The notes beneath the pieces were generated by a model that saw nothing but the letters and a program-made list of their open reading frames with translations, searched no databases and had not been told where the DNA came from. From a virus (lineage: Duplodnaviria > Caudoviricetes): DNA of 35,988 nucleotides. The stretch covers positions 1 to 35,988 of IMG/VR virus record IMGVR_UViG_3300030433_003509. The stretch is one strand, 5' to 3'. This document shows, one piece after another, positions 6,845 through 14,694 of the stretch (position 1 is its first letter; every line of letters begins with the position of its first letter). Position numbers and translations under genes: made by a program.

Positions 6845-8982
6845 CAGTCGTGATCCTCGTAATCGCTGCGCCGCCCCTTTTTCATCAGCTCTTCCAGCTT
6901 GCGCATGATGCGCTCAGCGAATTCGTCGTCGGTTTCGCCGTTCTTCTGGGTCAGGTTAAAGGTGGCGTTGATGGTGAGGGGCTGGGCAGGCGAGGCGGGC
7001 GACCGGGCGGCAACTGGTGTAGGCGAGAGCGTCAAGGCACCAGATGTTGCCGCAGCAGTGGATGCGGGTGAACGCGCCCCATCGTTCGCAGCTGCGCCAA
7101 CCGGATTAAGTGACATCGCGCCGGCCGCGACAACGCCCGCAGCCAGTTTGCGCATTGCCCCTACCGGCCTGTCCCCTCCGCGCCCGATACCCTTTGCCAA
7201 GCCTTCGGTCGTATGCTGACCGAGCGCCATGAAGACACGCGAGGGCGACTTGATTCCGAGATATTTCTTGAAGGCGGTGATGCCGCCCTTGGCCACCTGA
7301 ATGAGCCGCGCGGCGAGAGCGAGTGGATTGATCGAACTGAGCAAGCCCGCCATCATCGCCTTGCCGGTGTTTTTCAACCAGGCGGGGGCTTCGGAGAGCA
7401 GGCCCTTGGCAGCGTCCCACCCTGATTTGAACGCAGCCTTGATGTCGTCCCAGTAAGCCCAGACCAAAACCGCAACCGCCGCGATCGCGATCGGGATGCC
7501 GAACACCAGCCCGGCCAGTGCGCCTACGCCGATGCCGAGCACCGCTGCAGCACTGGTGAGAGCACCGAATACAGTCACCATCGCTCCGATGCCGATCACC
7601 AGCGGGCCGATCACCGCAAGGATCGCAAGTGCGCCCAAGATGAACTTCTGGCTACCGGGGCCCAGCTGGGCAAAGGCGGTGGCGACACGGGCCACACCGC
7701 CCATGATCTTGGTCATCACCGGCAGAATGGCATTGCCAGCTTCAATCGCCGCGGCGCGAAACTGGTTCAAGTTCCTGATCTGCTCGGCAGCGTCGGTTGC
7801 CGATTGCTTCGCGAACGCGGGATCGATCGCATTGGCACCCTCGCGCATGTCCAGAAGCGTTTTATTGAACGCCTCGGCTTGATTGCCGGTTAGACCAAGC
7901 ACCGCGTTGAGCGCTTCCGTCGAGCCGAACAGATTGAGCATTTCGGCATCATTTCCGGCTAGCTCTTGCTTGATGCGGTTGAGCGCAGGGATGAGACCGC
8001 CGGATTTGGCGATCAGGTCTTTCATGTCCTTCGCAGCCAGGGCCTTGAAGACGGCACGGCTTTTGGTGGTGTCCCGTGTCAGCCCTGCGATGACGGCGCG
8101 CAGTTGAGTATGTGCCTGCGCAGCGGGAAGACCTGTTGTGGTGAGCGCGGCGACTGACGCGAGGTACTCGTCCACCTCGACACCGGCGTTCGCGATCGTT
8201 CCGGCTACACCGCCAAAGCCTTGGGCGAGCCCAGAGATGGTGGTCTTGCCATTCTTCACTGTCTTGAAAAGCAGATCGTAGATGCGCTGCTGCGCGGCTC
8301 CCTCGAGACCGAACGCGTTGATCGCGCTGGTGACAATTCCCGCCGATTCCTGGGTAGTTGCCAAACCTGCCGTCGCCAGCTTGGCAGAGCCTTCGAGCAC
8401 GGCCATCGCTTCGCTGGCGTCTATGCCGGCGGAACGGATGTCGTAGAGTGCTGGCGGGAGTTGCTCCAACGCGACGGGCACACGGCTCGAAAGATCGAGG
8501 ACACGCTTGCCCATCTGGTCGATGGATTCAGTGGAGCTATCGACCAAGGTTGCGACGTCACCCATCGAGGCGCTGAAGTCCATCGCCATCTGGGTGGAGG
8601 CGAAGCCGGCGGCCGCCAACGGAGCGGTAAGGTAAAGGCTCGCGCTCTGGCCGACACCGGAAATTCGGCCGCCCAATTCACGAAGCCCACGTCCTTTGCT
8701 TAGCTGCGCCAGCTTGCCTTTCTGCTGCTCGATTTCGTGATTGGTTCGCTCGATCTGCCGCTCAAGTTCCCGTTCACGATCGACCAGATGGGTAACGTTG
8801 CCGCTAGCCTTCGAGAATTCGGCCCGGACCTTCCGCAGCTCGGCGTCGAGCTTACGGCTTTCGCCGCGAAGCTCGCCCAGGGAGCGCGACCCTTTCCTGC
8901 CAAGGCCGATGATATTCTTCAGCGCGCCAGACATCCTGTCTACGCCGACGAAGTTCACCATCAGAGATAACTTCTTGCTCAT
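6844..8982 (-). CDS. T: Tail tape measure protein (TP901-type core)
   Basis: Long Ala/Gly-rich helical protein; LGIKSPSRVF motif; lies between E' and U. Confidence 0.93.
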   Translation of the reverse strand: MSKKLSLMVNFVGVDRMSGALKNIIGLGRKGSRSLGELRGESRKLDAELRKVRAEFSKASGNVTHLVDRERELERQIERTNHEIEQQKGKLAQLSKGRGLRELGGRISGVGQSASLYLTAPLAAAGFASTQMAMDFSASMGDVATLVDSSTESIDQMGKRVLDLSSRVPVALEQLPPALYDIRSAGIDASEAMAVLEGSAKLATAGLATTQESAGIVTSAINAFGLEGAAQQRIYDLLFKTVKNGKTTISGLAQGFGGVAGTIANAGVEVDEYLASVAALTTTGLPAAQAHTQLRAVIAGLTRDTTKSRAVFKALAAKDMKDLIAKSGGLIPALNRIKQELAGNDAEMLNLFGSTEALNAVLGLTGNQAEAFNKTLLDMREGANAIDPAFAKQSATDAAEQIRNLNQFRAAAIEAGNAILPVMTKIMGGVARVATAFAQLGPGSQKFILGALAILAVIGPLVIGIGAMVTVFGALTSAAAVLGIGVGALAGLVFGIPIAIAAVAVLVWAYWDDIKAAFKSGWDAAKGLLSEAPAWLKNTGKAMMAGLLSSINPLALAARLIQVAKGGITAFKKYLGIKSPSRVFMALGQHTTEGLAKGIGRGGDRPVGAMRKLAAGVVAAGAMSLNPVGAAANDGARSPASTAAATSGALTLSPTPVAARSPASPAQPLTINATFNLTQKNGETDDEFAERIMRKLEELMKKGRRSDYEDHD

Positions 8983-9119
8983 CACGCCTTACCTTTCGGC
9001 GGTGCGTTGGCAGCATTCCACCAGCGGATTGCCCGCTCTCGCCAGAAGATGAGTTCCTCGATCTCAAGGGCCTGAAGATCGTGCAGCGACCAATGGAAGA
9101 TAGCCGCCAGATCGGCCAT
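8982..9119 (-). CDS. Tail assembly chaperone E' (-1 frameshift extension)
   Basis: MADLAAIFHWSLHDLQALEIEELIFWRERAIRWW is the P2 E' pattern; the -1 frame is open back to the T7 run. Confidence 0.85.
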   Translation of the reverse strand: MADLAAIFHWSLHDLQALEIEELIFWRERAIRWWNAANAPPKGKA

Positions 9120-9493
9120 CAGATCTTCCGCAGTTGGTCCGCGATGATCGCTTCCATCGCTGCCCGCTCCGCAGATGTCATAAAAAAACCGCGTATCGTG
9201 CCTCCGATCTCCGCGAGATCAGCTGGCGCAAGGTTGAGGCATTCGTCGGACGTCAGCGGCGGTTCGCTGATACGCGGGAGCACTTTCAGAATGGCTCCGA
9301 TATCCGTGTTGATCAGCTCCTGCAGGCTCAGTCCCCGCAGTTCGCCAGACCGGGGTGCGCGAATGGTAAGCTCTTCCACCGTGGTCGTACCGCGCACGAT
9401 CGGTTCGTTGAGCTTTACGATTTCGAACTTGCGTTGAGTTTCGGTCGGTACGGTCGGCGCGGCTGCGGCGGTATCCTGGGTGGTGTCGGTCAT
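9119..9493 (-). CDS. E: Tail assembly chaperone (P2 gpE)
   Basis: LNEPIVRG...P.SGELRGLSLQEL...LPRISEPPLT...PADL. Confidence 0.9.
   Translation of the reverse strand: MTDTTQDTAAAAPTVPTETQRKFEIVKLNEPIVRGTTTVEELTIRAPRSGELRGLSLQELINTDIGAILKVLPRISEPPLTSDECLNLAPADLAEIGGTIRGFFMTSAERAAMEAIIADQLRKI
9180..9190 (-). other. Programmed -1 frameshift slippery site
   Basis: GGT TTT TTT AT (T7) near the end of E; -1 frame reads FYDICGAGSDGSDHRGPTAEDLMADLA into E', as in P2 E+E'. Confidence 0.8.
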
Positions 9494-9659
9494 GCGGGGC
9501 GTTCCTCGGCTTGCCCGCTATGCAGCGCGGGCGGATGGTGCAGGGCGGTTGGGGGTGGGCTGGCCGGCAACTCAAGGGGGAGAGGAAAGGCCGACCAGCC
9601 CGATTCCGACGACCGGCTGCCCCGCAAAAGGTCCGGTCGCCGAAGCTGGGGGAGGCGGG

Positions 9660-10169
9660 TCAGTTGGCGATGATCGCCATGATCTCCGCGTAGCGATCGA
9701 TCCCGTCGACGATGAAGCGGCCCGCGATCATGTCGATCTCGACCTCGGTTCGCCCGTCGACCACGCGGCGGTAGTAGGCGACGGCGCATTTGAACTCGTG
9801 CTCGGTATCGTCGCCCGGCTTGGCGGTGCCAGGGCTGATCTCGTTGAAGCGACCGCCGATGTAGATCTCGACCGCCTGCGCCGCGGTGCCGTCGTCGGCC
9901 TGGTAGGCGCCGGTCAGCCGCACGCGCACGCCGTCGATGCGGGTGGTGCCGAACTTGCGGATCAGCGAGGCTTCATGGCCGCCGGTCTTCAGCGTGGCTT
10001 CCATCGGCTCCAGACCGAGGTCGATCTTGACCGATCCGATCATGCCGCCGCCGCGATAATCCTCGGTCGCGAGGGCTAGCGCGGGTTCCTCGTATTGCGA
10101 TGCGCGGCCCAGATAGCCTTCGCCATCGACATGAATGTTCATGTTCTTGAGTTTCTTGGGGATGCCCAT
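9660..10169 (-). CDS. FII: Major tail tube protein (FII)
   Basis: MGIPKKLKNMN...EDYRGGGMIGSVKIDLGLE. Confidence 0.95.
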   Translation of the reverse strand: MGIPKKLKNMNIHVDGEGYLGRASQYEEPALALATEDYRGGGMIGSVKIDLGLEPMEATLKTGGHEASLIRKFGTTRIDGVRVRLTGAYQADDGTAAQAVEIYIGGRFNEISPGTAKPGDDTEHEFKCAVAYYRRVVDGRTEVEIDMIAGRFIVDGIDRYAEIMAIIAN

Positions 10170-10232
10170 CGGGAGTGTCCTTGTACGAAAATGGCAGGGT
10201 CAGGCGGCGCGCAGGGCTGGATGCGCGGCGGG

Positions 10233-11420
10233 TCAGGTCAGCTGGTCGGCGAAGCCAGCGTAGTAGAAATCGGTGATCACCAGATCGACGTTCGGGTTCT
10301 CGAGCGGGGCGACCGGGGTGAACTGGATGCGGAAGCGCGGGCGGCCCTGGGCAAGCTCCTGCGCGCTGTTCTGCAGAGGATCGAAGAACATCTCCGCGCC
10401 CATGATGCGGCCTTCCACGGTCAGCTGGCGGAAGCGCGCGTTGCCGGTCTCGATCAGATCCTTGATCAGCCCGTTGGTCATCGGCTGATCGAGGAACGGG
10501 GCGACGATCAGTTCGATGGTTTCCTGCAGCGCGTGGCTGGTGCGCACTGCGCTTTCGAACGAGAAATTCGGCTGCTGGTCGTCCGCGCAGGTGCGGTTGC
10601 CCCACAGGCGGAAGCCGTTCTGCCTGATGACGGTGGTGACCTGCGCGGCGTTGAGCACGCCGGCGGCGGTCGAAGGGTCGGTAAGGTCGAAGTGCACGTC
10701 GTGCTCGAGCCCGGTGATACCGCCCAGCGGCACGTTGGAGATCGTCTTGTGCCACCCGACCGATTCATCGATCGCGGCGCGCAGGCCCAGCGCGCGGGCG
10801 ATGATGTCGCCCCCGCCGTCGTTGGTGTCCGGCCAGATGACCATGAGTTCGCGATAGGCGAAGTTTTCGCGGTAGGTGATCGCCTCGGCTTCGTCGGCGG
10901 CGGGGGTGAAGCCATCGGCAGCCTTGGCCCCGGCATAGACGAAACCGCGCAGCTTCTTGGCGATGTCGACCATCTCCTGGACCACGGGCTGGGTATCGAG
11001 GCCCGGCGCGCCGAGGATGGTCGGCTTGACGCCAAGCTTGGTCTGCGCGGCGAGCAGCGCCTGCAGGCCGGTGTAGGTGTTGCCGTCGGTCGACCCGATG
11101 ACGTTGAGATCGGTTTCGTCCTGGTCGGCACCTTCGGCCACTCGGACCACGATCACGATCGGGCTGGCCTGGTCGCCGATCGCGGTCAGCGTGGGGGCAA
11201 GCGTTCCACCGTCGCCCGCATTGCCCGCCGCGATGTCGACCCCGCCGGTGATCAGAACCGGTTCGTTGAGCGGAAAGGCAGCGTCGAGCGCGTCCTGCGC
11301 CGATGCGTCGCCGGTGGTGGTCGCGGTCGCGATGATCCCGATCACCGCGGACGAGAGCGCGGCGAGCGCGCGGGGGCCGGTCGCGGATTCGGTCAGGGTC
11401 AGGCCGTGGTGGAAAGGCAT
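10233..11420 (-). CDS. FI: Tail sheath protein (FI)
   Basis: YTGLQALLAAQ..LGVKPTILGAPGLD, GWHKTISNV, GFRLWGNRTC. Confidence 0.95.
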   Translation of the reverse strand: MPFHHGLTLTESATGPRALAALSSAVIGIIATATTTGDASAQDALDAAFPLNEPVLITGGVDIAAGNAGDGGTLAPTLTAIGDQASPIVIVVRVAEGADQDETDLNVIGSTDGNTYTGLQALLAAQTKLGVKPTILGAPGLDTQPVVQEMVDIAKKLRGFVYAGAKAADGFTPAADEAEAITYRENFAYRELMVIWPDTNDGGGDIIARALGLRAAIDESVGWHKTISNVPLGGITGLEHDVHFDLTDPSTAAGVLNAAQVTTVIRQNGFRLWGNRTCADDQQPNFSFESAVRTSHALQETIELIVAPFLDQPMTNGLIKDLIETGNARFRQLTVEGRIMGAEMFFDPLQNSAQELAQGRPRFRIQFTPVAPLENPNVDLVITDFYYAGFADQLT

Positions 11421-11431
11421 GGCGGTTTCCT

Positions 11432-11815
11432 TCAGCTGGCGGGCAGGCGCTGGGTGCGGCCCGGTTTCAGATCAATCGGGATGGTGAGGGTCTGCAGACG
11501 GTTGGCTTCGGGCAGGTCGGTGCGCCGCCCTTCGATGCGGATGGTCAGCTGTCCGTCCTGCGGCTCACCCAGCAGGGTGACGCGGGTCAGCTTCAGGCGC
11601 GGCTCCCACCGGGCGAGGGCGATTGCGACTGCGGCGTGCATCAGCATGCGGATCGCGCCGTTGAGCGGGCGATCGATCAGCTCGAAAAGCAGCGAGCCGT
11701 AATCGCGCCGCATCACGCGGCTGCCGAGCGGAGTGGACAGGATGTCGCCGATCGACTGCGCAAGATGCGCGTCGCCCGAAATGGCCGTGCCGGTGTGCTT
11801 GTCCATGCCCAACAT
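11432..11815 (-). CDS. W: Baseplate wedge protein (gpW/gp25)
   Basis: HLAQSIGDILSTPLGSRVMRRDYGS...ALARWEPRL. Confidence 0.95.
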   Translation of the reverse strand: MLGMDKHTGTAISGDAHLAQSIGDILSTPLGSRVMRRDYGSLLFELIDRPLNGAIRMLMHAAVAIALARWEPRLKLTRVTLLGEPQDGQLTIRIEGRRTDLPEANRLQTLTIPIDLKPGRTQRLPAS

Positions 11816-11862
11816 GGTGCACAGCCATCGCTTCTCACGCGCGGAATGCCAGCGGGGCGCGG

Positions 11863-11881
11863 GGTGAAGCGCGGCTTCACC
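11863..11881. promoter_or_regulatory. Late-promoter palindrome, copy A
   Basis: GGTGAAGC-GCG-GCTTCACC, 48 bp upstream of the W ATG. Confidence 0.75.
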
Positions 11882-11899
11882 GGACCAGCTGTTCGGACG

Positions 11900-12511
11900 C
11901 TATTGCGGTTCTGCGGAGGTGGACGATCCGGCTGCCACGCCGCCATGGCGGTGCCCGGCAAGGCTGATGCCGTCAGCCATGACATCGCCGTTCGCCTCGA
12001 GCGTCTGGCTGATGCTGGCACTACCGTCGATCGCGACGTCACCCTCGATCGACACATCGCCTTCGATCGTGACCGGCCCGCGCAAGGTGATGCCGCCGGG
12101 GGCCTCAATCTCTGCAGTGGCGCCATCGGGCAGGATCGCGGTCAGCGCGCCGGCCTCGGGATCGTAGGCGATGCGCGCGCCGTCAGAGAATTCGATCACT
12201 TCCTCGATGCTGTCGCCCGGCGCTGTGAAGGCGTCCTGATAAATCCCGGGGAGGGCGACCGCATTGCCGATCTGCCCATCGGGCGCGAGCAGGATCACCT
12301 GCTCCCCAACGGTTGGCGGAGACCAGGTGCGCGTGTCCCCCGCGCGCATCGTCAGCCAACGGACCGGAATAGTCTCGCCGGGTTCGTCATCGTCCGGATC
12401 GCCGTAGCGCACGGTGCAGCGCGCCTGGGCAAAGTCGACCGAGGTCACGGTGCCGAACCGGATCAGCGTAGCGATGTCGGCCGGAATATCTTCGGGCGGG
12501 GGCTGGTTCAT
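11900..12511 (-). CDS. V: Baseplate spike protein (gpV)
   Basis: LIRFGTV..VD...RAGDTRTWSPPTVGEQV; C-terminal HRH metal site. Confidence 0.95.
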   Translation of the reverse strand: MNQPPPEDIPADIATLIRFGTVTSVDFAQARCTVRYGDPDDDEPGETIPVRWLTMRAGDTRTWSPPTVGEQVILLAPDGQIGNAVALPGIYQDAFTAPGDSIEEVIEFSDGARIAYDPEAGALTAILPDGATAEIEAPGGITLRGPVTIEGDVSIEGDVAIDGSASISQTLEANGDVMADGISLAGHRHGGVAAGSSTSAEPQ

Positions 12512-12792
12512 GGTGTCCGTTCGGAATCGTCAGGGCATGCGGCGCGATAACGCTCGTTGTGTTCCTGAATGGCTGTCACGGTCGCGTCGCTATCGAGGCG
12601 GTTGCCGGGGTCGTCCTGGTCTGCGCGGTCGGCCTGCCGGTAGCGAATGGGCGCGTCGCCTTGGCACCAGCTGCTATTCTCGCGCGAGGGGCTTGTATCG
12701 CTCGCACGCGGCACGTCGGTCACTGTCGCGCAGGCAGCCGTCATAGCGCCGCTGGCTACGGTCGCCAGAAGTGCGAAGATCCTGTTCAGCAT
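12508..12792 (-). CDS. Outer-membrane spanin-like lipoprotein
   Basis: Lipobox-like TAAC; overlaps the 3' end of the i-spanin; Cys-containing. Confidence 0.65.
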   Translation of the reverse strand: MLNRIFALLATVASGAMTAACATVTDVPRASDTSPSRENSSWCQGDAPIRYRQADRADQDDPGNRLDSDATVTAIQEHNERYRAACPDDSERTP

Positions 12793-13006
12793 GGTTGGCG
12801 TCTCCCAATTGGTCGAGGGTCTGGTTCTGTCCGGCGATCACTGCGTCCGCCTCGCCCGCGTTGCGGCCCAGCTCGGTCGCGTCGTCCAGCGTGCCCCGAA
12901 CGGTGCCGACGATGGCCCACGCGATCAGCCCGAGCCCGATGATGGCGATTGTGACCCACGCGCCCCTGACGAGCCCGAGAGCGCCTTTGGCGAGCAACCA
13001 GGTCAT
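12674..13006 (-). CDS. Inner-membrane spanin-like protein
   Basis: MTWLLAKG... with N-terminal TM and periplasmic helix with C-terminal Cys pair; ATGA-coupled. Confidence 0.65.
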   Translation of the reverse strand: MTWLLAKGALGLVRGAWVTIAIIGLGLIAWAIVGTVRGTLDDATELGRNAGEADAVIAGQNQTLDQLGDANHAEQDLRTSGDRSQRRYDGCLRDSDRRAACERYKPLARE

Positions 13007-13248
13007 GCCTCGCCTCCCGGTGTCTTGGTACCAGCGAGGTAGGCGGTCTTCTCTTGGCTGGATTGCGAGGTGCCGAAGAAAAAGCCGAGGGCATCCTTGC
13101 TGTTGGTGATGATCGCGCCGAGCAGCACCAGCAGGATGTCGCGGTCGGCGTGCTGAACGTTGCCGAGCGCAATCAGCAGCAGCGCGCCGAACAGCATCGC
13201 GAGGGTCGCGAAGGCGAGCAGCGCGCGGACGAAGCGGGGGTCTGTCAT
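13003..13248 (-). CDS. Two-TM holin-like protein
   Basis: MTDPRFVRALLAF...; two TM helices, FFFGTSQSSQEK tail; coupled to endolysin. Confidence 0.55.
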   Translation of the reverse strand: MTDPRFVRALLAFATLAMLFGALLLIALGNVQHADRDILLVLLGAIITNSKDALGFFFGTSQSSQEKTAYLAGTKTPGGEA

Positions 13249-13838
13249 CGTGCCCAGTCTCCGGTCTTGTGGTGTAGCCACACGAGGAAGTCGCGGACCG
13301 TCTTGCCCTTGAGGATCGACGGGTTGGCGCGCGTGGCCGCGGCGCCCGCGAGAAGATCCGCCCGTTCGCCAATGTCGGCGGCGATCACCCGTGCGGCGGT
13401 GACGGGGCCGAAGAAGTGGGCGGCGTAGAGCGAGGCGCGGTTTATCGGCAGGCCATTACCCGCGAGGTAGCGGGCGTTCTTCGCGGTGAAGGTCTTCGCG
13501 CGGGCGAGCTGCTCTTCGACGTCGGGGCGCAAGCCGCCGAACGCCTGCGATGGATCGTCGCCCCACGCGCCGCCTTCGCCGATCCACGTCGACCGGATGA
13601 ACTGATAAAGCCCGGAAGCACTGGACGTGCGCGCCTTGACGTAGGGGCGATCCCCGCTCTCGATCTTCGAGAGCATGGGCCAGTAATCTTCGGGAATCAT
13701 GCCGGCGTCCGGCTGCGCAGGCGGGGGGAGAAGTTCGTCGAGCTTGGCGATCGTGTCGCGGCCGGCCCAGCCGTCGACTGCCAGACCGGCCCGCGCCTGA
13801 AACAGGCGCACGAACTCGTCATCGCTGATCAGCGTCAT
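13245..13838 (-). CDS. Endolysin (PG-binding N-terminus + lysozyme-like/transglycosylase domain)
   Basis: FQARAGLAVDGWAGRDT PG-binding motif; IESG...SSASGLYQFIRSTW; true start ATG 13838. Confidence 0.88.
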   Translation of the reverse strand: MTLISDDEFVRLFQARAGLAVDGWAGRDTIAKLDELLPPPAQPDAGMIPEDYWPMLSKIESGDRPYVKARTSSASGLYQFIRSTWIGEGGAWGDDPSQAFGGLRPDVEEQLARAKTFTAKNARYLAGNGLPINRASLYAAHFFGPVTAARVIAADIGERADLLAGAAATRANPSILKGKTVRDFLVWLHHKTGDWAR

Positions 13839-14278
13839 TGGTCTTCGTCCTTCTTGCTGGCGAGCCGTGCGGCGGCGATCTGCTTGGCCGCGTCCTGCCG
13901 CCGCTCGCCCATGATCTGATCGACCGGCGTGAACTTGCGGCGCAGCCATTCGGTCGCTTCGGAGTGGACCGCGGAGAGCAGCTTTACGCCGCCCATCGCC
14001 ATGATGAAGGACAGGACCGCCGCGCCGAGCGCGTCGAGGTTTGCGTATTGAACCCCCAGCAGCACGAAGAGCAGGCACCCGCCGGAGATGAGGAAGCTGA
14101 CGAGCAGCTCGCGCCAGATCAGCGCGGTGCTTTCCCTCTTGCTGACCTGCACCGCCGCACGCGCGGCCCAGCCCGCAGCGAAGCCGAAGCCGATCGCGCC
14201 AGCCAGCACCCAGTCCACGGCAGCGATCGCCACGAGGAAGGGCGGGGTGTATTTCGCCGCGGCGGTCGGGGCGATCAC
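13835..14278 (-). CDS. Holin-like membrane protein (3 TM)
   Basis: GTG start overlapping the upstream stop; three TM helices and a charged C-tail; directly before endolysin. Confidence 0.6.
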   Translation of the reverse strand: MIAPTAAAKYTPPFLVAIAAVDWVLAGAIGFGFAAGWAARAAVQVSKRESTALIWRELLVSFLISGGCLLFVLLGVQYANLDALGAAVLSFIMAMGGVKLLSAVHSEATEWLRRKFTPVDQIMGERRQDAAKQIAAARLASKKDEDQ

Positions 14279-14694
14279 AGCTGCGCTCCCACGGTTTCCT
14301 GCAGCGCAAACCAGACGGCCCACCACCAGATCACGCACGACAGCATCATCGGGCCGCGCCGCCGCGCGAAGCCGATTGCCGTGATCCACGCACAGCCGCC
14401 CCAGAACAGCCACGCGGTGGCCATTGCCTGGCGAAACAGCAGGCTATCCCGATCGAACCCGGCAATGCGCCCATCGCCCGCCCACGGGATGACCGCGCCG
14501 GCGATCAGGATGGCGAGCAGCGCCAACAGCAGACCCAGCCCGAGGAACCAGCGCACGGTGTCGCTGAGATAGGGCGTGGTGTGCGGGTCGAAGGTGTAGA
14601 GCCACTTGCCGACCGGCCAGACGGCCAGCAGCGCGCCCATCGCCGCCCACCAGCGCCACGTGTCGGCCAGCATGTCGACGTTGAGCCCGATCAT
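14275..14694 (-). CDS. Multi-TM membrane protein at the head of the lysis cassette
   Basis: About 4 Trp-rich TM helices; ATGA-coupled to the tailspike. Confidence 0.65.
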   Translation of the reverse strand: MIGLNVDMLADTWRWWAAMGALLAVWPVGKWLYTFDPHTTPYLSDTVRWFLGLGLLLALLAILIAGAVIPWAGDGRIAGFDRDSLLFRQAMATAWLFWGGCAWITAIGFARRRGPMMLSCVIWWWAVWFALQETVGAQL

